Virus record (IMG/VR): IMGVR_UViG_3300021420_000014
Strand: one strand, 5' to 3'
Source: a virus
Length of the DNA: 64,000 bases
Made by a program: the position numbers and the translations under genes. The first letter of the stretch is position 1. The number at the start of each line of letters is the position of its first letter. This document shows positions 1 to 6,986 of this stretch, piece after piece. Under the pieces are notes generated by a model. The model worked only from the letters and a program-made list of their open reading frames with translations. It was not told the DNA's origin and did no database searches.

Positions 1-37
1 TGGATTGATGCGGGTTCGACTCCCGCCAGCGGCATCA
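1..37 (+). tRNA. 3' fragment of a tRNA (or tmRNA-like) gene cut by the window edge
   Basis: T-arm GCGGG-TTCGACT-CCCGC followed by an acceptor 3' strand. Confidence 0.6.
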
Positions 38-111
38 GATTTGTGTTGGTAGACATCTGTATATTTTAGCGTAGAAACTAGTTCAAGTGTCGCAGGGATT
101 ACCAGTTTGGA

Positions 112-294
112 GTGGCCATGCCAGACAAGAAAGTCGTTCGCATCGAGATTGAATACGAAGATGGATCCGGCGAACGCGCCATCGGCGACGATGCCGAGAA
201 AATCTGGCAGGCGATCAACGGCGGATTTGTGATGAATCACATCCACGGCATCAACTATGATGGTCCGCAGATGAAGCCGGTGGAAAAGTTTTGA
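112..294 (+). CDS. hypothetical protein
   Basis: 60-aa ORF filling the gap between tRNAs; GGAG SD before ATG 118. Confidence 0.6.
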   Translation: MAMPDKKVVRIEIEYEDGSGERAIGDDAEKIWQAINGGFVMNHIHGINYDGPQMKPVEKF

Positions 295-369
295 GCTGGC
301 GTAGTTCAACGGTAGAACGCCTCTTTTGTAAAGAGGATGTCGCGGGTTCAACACCTGCCGCCAGCCCCA
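295..369 (+). tRNA. tRNA-Thr(UGU)
   Basis: cloverleaf; CCTCT-TTTGTAA-AGAGG; CCA end. Confidence 0.9.
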
Positions 370-375
370 GTTTGA

Positions 376-450
376 TGTGGCGCAGCACGATTGGTCGTGC
401 GACCGGCTGTTAACCGGAGGGTTATAGGTTCGAATCCTATCGCCACAGCC
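376..450 (+). tRNA. tRNA-Asn(GUU)
   Basis: CCGG-CTGTTAA-CCGG; TTCGAAT T-loop. Confidence 0.88.
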
Positions 451-513
451 TTTGAAGGCGCGAGCCATGGAGGGGTTGTAATCCACGAATCGCGTGCTCG
501 CGCCGCAAGTTTA

Positions 514-590
514 GGCTCGATGGTGAAAATGGCTAATCACATGGCCCTCATAAAGCCAAAGTCCTGGTTCAATCCCAGGTCGAGCCACCA
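514..590 (+). tRNA. tRNA(CAU), Met or Ile2
   Basis: loop CTCATAA; acceptor GGCTCGA/TCGAGCC; ACCA. Confidence 0.85.
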
Positions 591-599
591 AATTTATGA

Positions 600-677
600 C
601 GCGCGGATTGAGCTACGGTGCGCTCGCCTGTCTCATAAGCAGGCACTTACTCAGTTCAACTCTGAGCCGCGCAACCA
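600..677 (+). tRNA. tRNA-Met(CAU) with initiator-like C1:A72 mismatch
   Basis: CCTGT-CTCATAA-GCAGG; ACCA. Confidence 0.82.
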
Positions 678-683
678 GTTTAG

Positions 684-758
684 TGCGGCATAGTTCAGGT
701 GGCAGAACGCAGCCCTGATAAGGCTGAAATGAAAGTTCAAGTCTTTCTGCCGCAACCA
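684..758 (+). tRNA. tRNA-Ile(GAU)
   Basis: CAGCC-CTGATAA-GGCTG; ACCA. Confidence 0.9.
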
Positions 759-762
759 GATT

Positions 763-835
763 GCAGGAGTAGCTCAATGGCAGAGCATCGGTTTGGTAAA
801 TCGACGACCGGCGTTCGATTCGCCGCTCTTGCTCC
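763..835 (+). tRNA. tRNA-Thr(GGU)
   Basis: TCGGT-TTGGTAA-ATCGA; TTCGATT T-loop. Confidence 0.85.
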
Positions 836-930
836 GAGACGACCAATGAAACGGTCAATATAGGGCCCAAACGGAAGGGGCCGCATTCGACTGTCAGCCG
901 CGGCCTCAAACTTCCCAAAAGGAGAAAACC

Positions 931-957
931 ATGGAATGCATTACAGGCCCTCTCTAG
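931..957 (+). promoter_or_regulatory. putative leader uORF MECITGPL* overlapping a hairpin (948-975)
   Basis: strong SD AAGGAG; stop lies in the 5' arm of CCCTCTCTA/TAGAGAGGG; in frame with CDS 988. Confidence 0.45.
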
Positions 958-987
958 GTAAGCCAATAGAGAGGGAGAAGAGGAATA

Positions 988-1686
988 ATGCGTCGCGACA
1001 TGAACGAAGTAATTATTGAGACTGGCCGATCCGGTGGCATTAACAAAGGCAGAAACAAAAACTGGAAGCGTGGATTCACAGCCGATGATCCATACTTTGA
1101 CGGAGGACCGAATCGCATATTCAGTACAAAAGCGTCATACAACAGAAAGTCGCAGGGCGACAAGCTCAATCCGTTGCGTCGATTTCTCCGCAGCAGAGTC
1201 GGACACAAATGGGATGGCGTCTTTTCTGAGATTTGCGCCGTCAACGATGTGCGATCGATGGTCGGCTTCCATCTGCTCACGCATCTCAAGGGTTATGTCA
1301 AAGCTACCGGCCTAGACGAGGATCGATTCTATGGTGATTTTTTTGTTGATTCTCAAGGTGTTCTTAGACAGGTCTCGCGCAAAAGCTATCGAGCACGCTG
1401 GCGCGAAGAAGCCCGAAGAGCACCAATCGAACAGCTGCCCGGAGATGACGGATGGATTTACAAACTGATCGATGGCTTCTGGTATCGAACCAAGACCGAG
1501 ACGTACCAGGTGCCGACTTCTTATGAGTATCTCGATGAAGCGAATGGCGATGTCGTCATCAAACGGTCGCCGACAAAAATGGTGACGGAGACCAGAGACT
1601 TCAAGTTTCAGTGCGGCCGCAAGGAATTGAAGAAGATTCGCGAAAGGTTGAACGCAAGATATGCAGAAATGCGGACACAGCGATGA
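988..1686 (+). CDS. conserved hypothetical basic protein
   Basis: 232-aa ORF; PLRRFLRSRVGxxWDxVFSEIC resembles a widespread uncharacterised family. Confidence 0.8.
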   Translation: MRRDMNEVIIETGRSGGINKGRNKNWKRGFTADDPYFDGGPNRIFSTKASYNRKSQGDKLNPLRRFLRSRVGHKWDGVFSEICAVNDVRSMVGFHLLTHLKGYVKATGLDEDRFYGDFFVDSQGVLRQVSRKSYRARWREEARRAPIEQLPGDDGWIYKLIDGFWYRTKTETYQVPTSYEYLDEANGDVVIKRSPTKMVTETRDFKFQCGRKELKKIRERLNARYAEMRTQR

Positions 1687-1867
1687 ATCGTGGTACTCGA
1701 TATGTTCTGCCCACAGCCGGTACAACTCCGAGTGCCGCAACTGTCAGATCGGGCGGTGCATCGAGTGTCATCCTGAAGAGACGCCAATAGGAGAACGTAT
1801 GAGGCTGTGGGATCGCGATGGCAATGTGGCGAACCCATTTCCGAATCTGGGCGTCAGAGTCAAGTAA
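1661..1867 (+). CDS. small Cys-rich hypothetical protein
   Basis: CxxH/CxxC motifs; fills the gap before tRNA-Phe. Confidence 0.5.
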   Translation: MQKCGHSDESWYSICSAHSRYNSECRNCQIGRCIECHPEETPIGERMRLWDRDGNVANPFPNLGVRVK

Positions 1868-1941
1868 CCCGGTTTAGCACAGTGGCAGTGCCCTGGTTTG
1901 AAGCACCAGTTATCGGAGTTCGATTCTCCGGGCCGGGACCA
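1868..1941 (+). tRNA. tRNA-Phe(GAA)
   Basis: CTGGT-TTGAAGC-ACCAG; ACCA. Confidence 0.88.
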
Positions 1942-1942
1942 T

Positions 1943-2020
1943 GGGACCGTAGCAAAGCTGGCTAATGCCCTCGCCTCTTAAGCGAGAAATGCGTGAGTTC
2001 AAATCTCACCGGTCCCACCA
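1943..2020 (+). tRNA. tRNA-Lys(CUU)
   Basis: CTCGC-CTCTTAA-GCGAG; ACCA. Confidence 0.92.
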
Positions 2021-2087
2021 ATTCTGTTAGAATGCGAGAAGGAGAAAGCGAATGTCATCGGACGGCTCATCTAGTAGCAACAAACCC

Positions 2088-2175
2088 GGAGATGTGGCCG
2101 AGTGGTTTAAGGCACCGCACTGCTAACGCGGCGTCCCGAAAGGGGCCGTCGGTTCGAATCCGACCATCTCCGCCA
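2088..2175 (+). tRNA. tRNA-Ser(GCU)
   Basis: loop CTGCTAA; long variable arm; GCCA. Confidence 0.92.
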
Positions 2176-2177
2176 GA

Positions 2178-2265
2178 GGAAGAGTGGCCGAGGTGGTCAA
2201 GGCGTCAGTCTCGAAAACTGATTCACCGAAAGGTGTTGTGGGTTCAAACCCCACCTCTTCCTCCA
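2178..2265 (+). tRNA. tRNA-Ser(CGA)
   Basis: TCAGT-CTCGAAA-ACTGA; long variable arm. Confidence 0.92.
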
Positions 2266-2273
2266 AAAGTTTC

Positions 2274-2349
2274 TGGGAAGTCGACCAACTGGTAGGTCCT
2301 CTGACTTTGACTCAGAGAATGCACGGTTCGAATCCGGCCTTCCCATCCA
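2274..2349 (+). tRNA. tRNA-Gln(UUG)
   Basis: TCTGA-CTTTGAC-TCAGA; CCA. Confidence 0.9.
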
Positions 2350-2354
2350 GATTT

Positions 2355-2504
2355 ATGAGAAAGCCGCGCTGGACGATTAGAAGCAAAACGCGTGATGGCA
2401 GGATCGTAGAAGCTACGTTTCATTTGCGAACGCATGCGGCGGCAGCAATTAAAGCATTGAACATTTTTGGAATTAAGGCACGGCTGGTGCCTAAGAAATA
2501 TTAA
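2355..2504 (+). CDS. small basic hypothetical protein
   Basis: 49-aa ORF exactly filling the inter-tRNA gap. Confidence 0.45.
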   Translation: MRKPRWTIRSKTRDGRIVEATFHLRTHAAAAIKALNIFGIKARLVPKKY

Positions 2505-2578
2505 GCGGGCGTGGCTCATTGGCTGAGCATCGGGTTTCCACCCCGAACAAGCGAGTTCAATTCTCGCCGCTCGCTCCA
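2505..2578 (+). tRNA. tRNA-Gly(UCC)
   Basis: TCGGG-TTTCCAC-CCCGA; TCCA. Confidence 0.9.
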
Positions 2579-2585
2579 AAAGTTT

Positions 2586-2660
2586 TGGCGAGTCGTCTAA
2601 TCGGTAGGACGCTGCGCTCTGGACGCAGTAACAAAGGTTCGAGGCCTTTCTCGCCAGCCA
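2586..2660 (+). tRNA. tRNA-Gln(CUG)
   Basis: CTGCG-CTCTGGA-CGCAG; GCCA. Confidence 0.9.
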
Positions 2661-2664
2661 TTTT

Positions 2665-2739
2665 GCGGGCGTCGTACAGCGGCCAGTATATTGCCTTGCC
2701 AAGGCAAGGACGTGGGTTCGACTCCCATCGCCCGCTCCA
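2665..2739 (+). tRNA. tRNA-Gly(GCC)
   Basis: TTGCC-TTGCCAA-GGCAA; TCCA. Confidence 0.92.
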
Positions 2740-2741
2740 AT

Positions 2742-2806
2742 GCCTCTGCGTCAGCGTACGGGACGCGTGTTCTAGGCACGGTCAGAATTAACTGACAAGG
2801 GCTCCA
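2742..2806 (+). ncRNA. minimal tRNA-like cloverleaf with a CUA anticodon loop
   Basis: four stems, 7-nt loop TTCTAGG, 3' TCCA, no TTC T-loop. Confidence 0.5.
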
Positions 2807-2821
2807 AATTTATGAGTGAAC

Positions 2822-2896
2822 AGGGGAGTAAGATAGCGGCCAGTCTGAACGCCTCCAAAGCGTTTCACGGGGGTTCGAGTCCCTCCTCCCCTGCCA
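2822..2896 (+). tRNA. tRNA-Trp(CCA)
   Basis: AACGC-CTCCAAA-GCGTT; GCCA. Confidence 0.9.
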
Positions 2897-2922
2897 AACT
2901 TTCTGATTTGAGTTGGGCGTTC

Positions 2923-3165
2923 GTGAAAGACGAGCATCCGACTCCGGAGCAGCGCGCCGAACGAGTATTGAATGCGATGTTCGGCAAAGTTGAGCACTCC
3001 GATTTCAACGTGCAGGCAATCGCAGCGGAGATTCGCGAAGCACTGCGTCGGCCGATTGAGAAGCTGCGCAAGGTTGGCGCGCAATGTGGAGCTGGCGGTC
3101 ACACGCAGAGGCAAAAAATGTTTGAAGCGATTGCCAAAGAGTTGGAGGTAGAGAATGGCTACTGA
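2923..3165 (+). CDS. hypothetical protein
   Basis: GTG start after tRNA-Trp; overlaps the next start. Confidence 0.55.
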   Translation: MKDEHPTPEQRAERVLNAMFGKVEHSDFNVQAIAAEIREALRRPIEKLRKVGAQCGAGGHTQRQKMFEAIAKELEVENGY

Positions 3166-3508
3166 GCCACGCAAGCGCGAAGGGTGGATGGACAGCACGA
3201 CGTTTGAAAACGAACTGGGTGTTGCGATCGGCGGCGAGAAGGTTTATGCCGACCAAGAAGATCTATTGGCTAGCAAGCCGTGCCTGACCGATCCAGAGGA
3301 TCATTACTGCCAACCGATGCGCGTCTATGTGTTCGATGCGGACGAGTTTGATAAATGGCTTCATGGTGCAGAGGCTAGCATTCCCGCTTCTCAGGCGGGC
3401 GACGCGGGTTCGAATCCCGCTGAAGCTGCCAATATCGAAGCTTGGCCGATGGATCTTAGTTCGCCGGTTGCACAATGTTTGCGGCGCGAACACACCGGAG
3501 CTAGGTAG
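3155..3508 (+). CDS. hypothetical protein (frame runs through tRNA-Glu)
   Basis: SD GGAGG; protein-like for about 65 aa. Confidence 0.5.
   Translation: MATEPRKREGWMDSTTFENELGVAIGGEKVYADQEDLLASKPCLTDPEDHYCQPMRVYVFDADEFDKWLHGAEASIPASQAGDAGSNPAEAANIEAWPMDLSSPVAQCLRREHTGAR
3357..3431 (+). tRNA. tRNA-Glu(CUC)
   Basis: CCCGC-TTCTCAG-GCGGG; GCCA. Confidence 0.88.
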
Positions 3509-3551
3509 CTGAGGCCGGGAGAAGAACGCATACGGAAAAGCCAAGGATCAG

Positions 3552-3628
3552 GGATCGGTAGCCAAGCGGCCAAAGGCGGCGGTCTGCAAAACCGCTAAGC
3601 GCTGGTTCGAATCCAGCCCGGTCCTCCA
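3552..3628 (+). tRNA. tRNA-Cys(GCA)
   Basis: GCGGT-CTGCAAA-ACCGC; U73 and CCA. Confidence 0.93.
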
Positions 3629-3666
3629 AAGTTTGGCGCGGGGCAGGATTAGGCTGTAACCCATTT

Positions 3667-3745
3667 CGGGACGTAGGAAAGTCTGGTTTAATCCGCGTGC
3701 CTTGGGCGCACGAGAGCGCGAGTTCAAATCTCGCCGTCCCGACCA
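3667..3745 (+). tRNA. tRNA-Pro(UGG)
   Basis: CGTGC-CTTGGGC-GCACG; ACCA. Confidence 0.92.
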
Positions 3746-3775
3746 TTCTGTTAAGATCTGAATAGAGGTACAAAC

Positions 3776-3934
3776 ATGTACTGCAATCCAGGTCCTGCAC
3801 CTTTGGCGAATTACCAGCAACCGAACGCTGCGCTTATCAGCAGCAGCAATGCGAGTGTTCATACGGAGAGCGGCACAGCATCGGCGGGAGTGATTGGGCC
3901 AGCATGGCCAGGAAATTATCACCAGCCGTCATGA
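3776..3934 (+). CDS. 52-aa micro-peptide, paralog A (MYCNPGP...GPAWPGNYHQPS)
   Basis: SD GAGG; below the ORF-track cutoff; paralogous to the next ORF. Confidence 0.8.
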   Translation: MYCNPGPAPLANYQQPNAALISSSNASVHTESGTASAGVIGPAWPGNYHQPS

Positions 3935-3964
3935 TAGAATGCAGTTGTAACGAGGAGGCAACTC

Positions 3965-4120
3965 ATGTTCTGCGTTCCAGGACCAAACTTTCCAGGAAAT
4001 GCTCAGCAGCCGAATCAGCTGTTGATATCGAGTGACGCATCTGGTGTTTCGAATAATCCTACCGTTTCGCCGACTGTGGCTGGGCCTGCATGGCCTGGGA
4101 ATTACCATCAGCCGAGTTAA
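3965..4120 (+). CDS. 51-aa micro-peptide, paralog B (MFCVPGP...GPAWPGNYHQPS)
   Basis: SD GAGGAGG; last 12 aa identical to paralog A despite synonymous codon changes. Confidence 0.8.
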   Translation: MFCVPGPNFPGNAQQPNQLLISSDASGVSNNPTVSPTVAGPAWPGNYHQPS

Positions 4121-4130
4121 AGAAGAATTT

Positions 4131-4205
4131 CGAGGCGTAGCCGAGTGGAAAGGCGCGCGTTTCGGGTACGCGAGATCGGGTGTTCGATTCACCCCGCCTC
4201 GACCA
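4131..4205 (+). tRNA. tRNA-Pro(CGG)
   Basis: CGCGT-TTCGGGT-ACGCG; ACCA. Confidence 0.9.
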
Positions 4206-4209
4206 ATTT

Positions 4210-4283
4210 GGGGGCCTAGTCTACCGGCATGACGGCTGGTCTGCACCCAGCAAGAGGGAGTTCAATTCTCCTGGCCTCCACCA
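4210..4283 (+). tRNA. tRNA-Ala(UGC)
   Basis: G3:U70 pair; GCTGG-TCTGCAC-CCAGC. Confidence 0.88.
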
Positions 4284-4354
4284 TTTTTTTTTGTTGCATT
4301 TGAGTAAGCGTTTAGGTACTGTGTTCCAAGTCGCAGGGCGGTTTGGGCCACCCG

Positions 4355-4390
4355 GTTTCGAGCGTTTCGAGCGTTTCGAGCGTTTCGAGC
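4355..4390. repeat. 4 x 9-bp tandem repeat GTTTCGAGC
   Basis: four perfect copies. Confidence 0.95.
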
Positions 4391-4543
4391 TTCTAGAGCA
4401 GTACGATAGTAGCATCATCAGGTGGACGTCGTTTGGCGGCGTCCACCTGATTCTTCAAGGAGCGATAACATGGCTCACCTACGAGATTACCTTTATCGCG
4501 GCGATACGCTCCTCGCCCTTTTACATAGCTAAACATTTTCTGC

Positions 4544-4617
4544 GGGGACGTGATCTACCGGTATGATGCGGCACTGTCTATGCCGTCGAGCGAGTTCGAT
4601 TCTCGTCGTCCCCGCCA
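4544..4617 (+). tRNA. tRNA-Asp(GUC)
   Basis: CGGCA-CTGTCTA-TGCCG; GCCA. Confidence 0.88.
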
Positions 4618-4624
4618 TCTCTTC

Positions 4625-4701
4625 GGTGGACGTGGCCGAGTGGTTATGGCACCGGATTGTGGCTCCGGTTTTCGCGAGTTCGAATCTCGTCGTCCACCCC
4701 A
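4625..4701 (+). tRNA. tRNA-His(GUG)
   Basis: G-1:C73; CCGGA-TTGTGGC-TCCGG. Confidence 0.93.
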
Positions 4702-4709
4702 AGTTTTGG

Positions 4710-4794
4710 GCTCGGTTGGCGGAATTGGCAGACGCGCAAGGTCGAGAGCCTTGTGGGTAACACCGTACAGGTTCGAGTCCTGTACCGAGCACCA
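4710..4794 (+). tRNA. tRNA-Leu(GAG)
   Basis: CAAGG-TCGAGAG-CCTTG; long variable arm; ACCA. Confidence 0.88.
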
Positions 4795-4799
4795 AATTT

Positions 4800-5210
4800 A
4801 TGAACTTTGGCACGCTGCCACTGGACACTCCGGCAGAAGTGCTGCGTCAAGCGCAGTGGTCTAAATCATGGCGAGCGTATGCGGGAACGCGATTAACGCT
4901 GAGATACAAAGCGAGGCGGCGTTGTTATTACTGCGGCGTACCAATGACGCGAGATGGCCGTGCATCCATGCACAATTTTATGACGCGCGATCATTTGGTG
5001 GCGCGATCGAAGGGCGGAAATTTTAAGTGGATTGCAAACAAGAGGGCGACTCCAGAAGAACGAAACATGGTTCATGCGTGCCGATGGTGCAACAACCTGA
5101 AACGCGATATGAGCGTAGAAGAATTTCGGACAGTGTTCGCGGCTCTTAGCGGAACGGCGCAATTTTACAGCGAGAGCCATGTGCCCGATTGGTCTCAGAT
5201 TTTTGCGTAA
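4800..5210 (+). CDS. HNH endonuclease
   Basis: CYYCG...TRDHLVARSKGG...N.VHACRWCNNLK. Confidence 0.9.
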   Translation: MNFGTLPLDTPAEVLRQAQWSKSWRAYAGTRLTLRYKARRRCYYCGVPMTRDGRASMHNFMTRDHLVARSKGGNFKWIANKRATPEERNMVHACRWCNNLKRDMSVEEFRTVFAALSGTAQFYSESHVPDWSQIFA

Positions 5211-5218
5211 CGATTTTT

Positions 5219-5306
5219 GGGACGTTGGCAGAGCGGCTAATGCACTCGGCTGTAGACCGAGCGGCCCTTCGGGTCTTCGCACGTTCGAGTCGTGCACGTC
5301 CCACCA
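5219..5306 (+). tRNA. tRNA-Tyr(GUA)
   Basis: CTCGG-CTGTAGA-CCGAG; long variable arm. Confidence 0.92.
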
Positions 5307-5310
5307 GATT

Positions 5311-5388
5311 GCGGGTGTAGCAGAAACTGGCAAATGCGCCTGGTTCAGGCCCAGGATCTTGGAGGTTCGATTCCTCTCACCCGCACCA
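5311..5388 (+). tRNA. tRNA-Leu(CAG) with short variable loop
   Basis: CCTGG-TTCAGGC-CCAGG; 5-nt variable region. Confidence 0.85.
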
Positions 5389-5392
5389 GATT

Positions 5393-5477
5393 GCGCCCTT
5401 GGCGGAATTGGCAGACGCACCTGATTCAAAATCAGACGCCTTCGGGTATGCAGGTTCGACTCCTGCAGGGCGCACCA
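5393..5477 (+). tRNA. tRNA-Leu(CAA)
   Basis: CTGA-TTCAAAA-TCAG; long variable arm. Confidence 0.92.
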
Positions 5478-5542
5478 AATGTAAAGTTTTCCTGACATGA
5501 AATTGTCAAGTTTATTTGACATGCGGGATGGATGAAAAGGAT

Positions 5543-5624
5543 GCCCGGCTGGCGGAACGGCAGACGCGCACGGTCTAAACCCGTGTCCCTTGGGGTGAGA
5601 GTTCAAATCTCTCGCCGGGCACCA
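5543..5624 (+). tRNA. tRNA-Leu(UAA)
   Basis: CACGG-TCTAAAC-CCGTG; long variable arm; A73. Confidence 0.82.
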
Positions 5625-5681
5625 AGCCTAAAAATTACCGCCTCCCGCACACCTCAGAATCCTCAGCTGAAATACCCTCAA

Positions 5682-5722
5682 AATAATTCTTGTTGTTGCT
5701 GTTGCTTTTTTGATCTAGGCTC
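5682..5722 (+). promoter_or_regulatory. repeated late-gene upstream motif, copy 1
   Basis: AATAATTCTTGTTGTTGCTGTTGCTTTT, recurring at 20530 and (core) 36786. Confidence 0.65.
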
Positions 5723-5771
5723 CTGTCTCGATGGTTGATTCCCAAAACATTGATGTTTTGACAGTGGCGAG

Positions 5772-6986
5772 ATGAGCGAGCTGACTAGCGACAAAAGCAT
5801 TTTCATCCCATTCTCAAAAGTGGATGTGGTGAAGAGAGAAGTTTCCGGAATCGTCACCGCCGAACAGCCCGACAAGGATCTCGAGGTTTGCGATTACGAA
5901 AAATCAAAGCCTTATTACAAAGCCGTGATTCAAGAGATCGGCAAGGCCACTGATGGCAAGAATTTTTTTCCGCTTCGATATATGCATCAGCTGGATGCAG
6001 TCGGCAAGTGCATCGGTTTCAACTTCAACGATTCCGACAAAGAAATAGAAATGACATTTAAGGTGGTAGATGAAGAAGCTTGGAAGAAAGTCGACGAGCG
6101 TGTGCTCACTGGTTTCAGCCAGGGTGGCCGCAAAGTAGGCGATCAAGTTCCGGATCCCGTGCACAAAGGGTGCATGCGGTACGTAGCGAATCCAAGCGAA
6201 ATTTCTCTGGTAGACAATCCTTGCCTCGCAAGCGCCCATTTTGCCTACGTCAAGGCGGACGGCCAAGTGGAAATGCGGAAATTCCTCAAGACTGTTGAAT
6301 CGCCAGAGGCTCGTATTGCCGCGTTGGAAAAGGATGTCAGCCTGTTAAAGGCTGGCGGAGCTTCACAGCAGACAACGCAGAAGCAAGTTACTCCTCCGGC
6401 AGAGCTAATCAAGAAAACCAAGCGTGTTGGCGGCAAAGATTTGCAGGCTTCGGCTTTCGCCTTTGTGGGAGATCCAGAGAAGACCGAGACCTGGAAGCTG
6501 CCCATCCACGATAAGGCGCACGCGCAAAATGCGCTTGCCCGATTCAATCAGACTCAAGGTATTCCTCCGTCCGCCAAAGCGAAAGTAAAGTCCAAGATCG
6601 TAGCCGCCGCGAAGAAATTCGGAATCGATGTGGCCAGCGAAAATGAAAAGATCGCTGCAATTGCGGATGCGCTGCGCAAGGGCGTGCGCATTTACGTGAA
6701 CCGGAATTACAGCAAAGTTGTGAGCCCGCGGCTGTTGAAGCTCGATAGCGAGCTCGGCAAATTAGCGAAGGGCATGTACGAAGTAGAGAGCCTGGCAGGC
6801 CATCTCGATTGTTTGAGCCGGCTTCTTTACTGCGTGTGTTGCGAGCAGGAATGGGAAGGCGACGATTCGTCGGAGCTTCCGGAAATGCTTGCGCAGAATT
6901 TAATCGATCTGGCCGGTACTCTGGTTGAAATGGTGGATGAAGAGACGCGCGAAATGATTGAAGAAGCGCGTATGCACGTCGCCTAA
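5772..6986 (+). CDS. prohead protease-like protein with a DUF6582-like segment
   Basis: F.KVD...V.G; RYMHQ..AVGK; GFSQGG; EISLVDNPC; later KLPIHDKAHAQNALARFNQ. Confidence 0.8.
   Translation: MSELTSDKSIFIPFSKVDVVKREVSGIVTAEQPDKDLEVCDYEKSKPYYKAVIQEIGKATDGKNFFPLRYMHQLDAVGKCIGFNFNDSDKEIEMTFKVVDEEAWKKVDERVLTGFSQGGRKVGDQVPDPVHKGCMRYVANPSEISLVDNPCLASAHFAYVKADGQVEMRKFLKTVESPEARIAALEKDVSLLKAGGASQQTTQKQVTPPAELIKKTKRVGGKDLQASAFAFVGDPEKTETWKLPIHDKAHAQNALARFNQTQGIPPSAKAKVKSKIVAAAKKFGIDVASENEKIAAIADALRKGVRIYVNRNYSKVVSPRLLKLDSELGKLAKGMYEVESLAGHLDCLSRLLYCVCCEQEWEGDDSSELPEMLAQNLIDLAGTLVEMVDEETREMIEEARMHVA

Noticed and set aside
4355-4390. Possible CRISPR array
   Set aside because: 9-bp units with no spacers; no cas genes in the window
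5543-5624. Reading loop TCTAAAC as an amber (CUA) suppressor
   Set aside because: In the 7-nt loop register the anticodon is UAA, and the same U32-C33 pattern occurs in the Ala and Leu(GAG) tRNAs
391-5738. Many 60-240 aa ORFs on both strands over the tRNA array (e.g. 391-693, 613-966, 2244-2702, 4893-5606)
   Set aside because: They are translations of tRNA genes with no protein-like features
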